Below, in pieces: positions 63,923 to 64,000 of a stretch of 64,000 nt of DNA. The stretch is from Camelus ferus (taxonomy: Eukaryota), in contig NC_045707.1 of the NCBI RefSeq assembly GCF_009834535.1, forward strand, positions 48,176,001 through 48,240,000, written 5' to 3'. Below the pieces are notes generated by a model. That model saw only the letters and a program-made list of their open reading frames with translations. It made no database searches and was not told the origin of the DNA. Position numbers and translations under genes: made by a program. The first letter of the stretch is position 1, and every line of letters begins with the position of its first letter.

Positions 63923-64000
63923 TTAAGCCTTTACATTGTGTAGGACTTCTGTCATTTTGAGAGAGATACAGATGTGATGGAGTGGAACTCCTTCCCCAGG

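Noticed and set aside
1..64000. Known miRNA hairpins, rRNA, CRISPR arrays or prokaryote-type systems
   Set aside because: None seen; I looked by eye for mature miR-135a, miR-1251, miR-9 and miR-15/16 sequences without a match, which is not an exhaustive search.

Overview
AT-rich mammalian non-coding DNA, most likely camelid: it carries two Vic-1-type tRNA-derived SINEs with target-site duplications, plus artiodactyl-type L1 3' ends. I found no credible protein-coding gene; the supplied ORFs are repeat-derived or unrecognisable. Much of the window is decayed interspersed repeat (L1, L2, L3/CR1, MIR, ERVL/MaLR and MER41-like LTRs, an ERVL pol remnant, Tigger and hAT-Charlie elements) and microsatellites. 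The repeat-free sequence holds a tight cluster of + strand splice-flanked candidate exons (77-212, 520-627, 710-891, 2289-2359) and two later candidates (donor at 39828; acceptor at 41916 with AATAAA at 42713). This suggests a spliced lncRNA whose layout resembles my recollection of RMST; that identification is tentative and rests on no alignment. Most worth checking: a hammerhead-ribozyme-like core at about 55.3 kb, a 30-codon spliced smORF, possible antisense exons, a (TG)n/(CA)n inverted repeat, a MER2-in-MER2 hairpin, and a MER41-like LTR with a GAS-like site. Repeat family names and boundaries were assigned by eye and are approximate.
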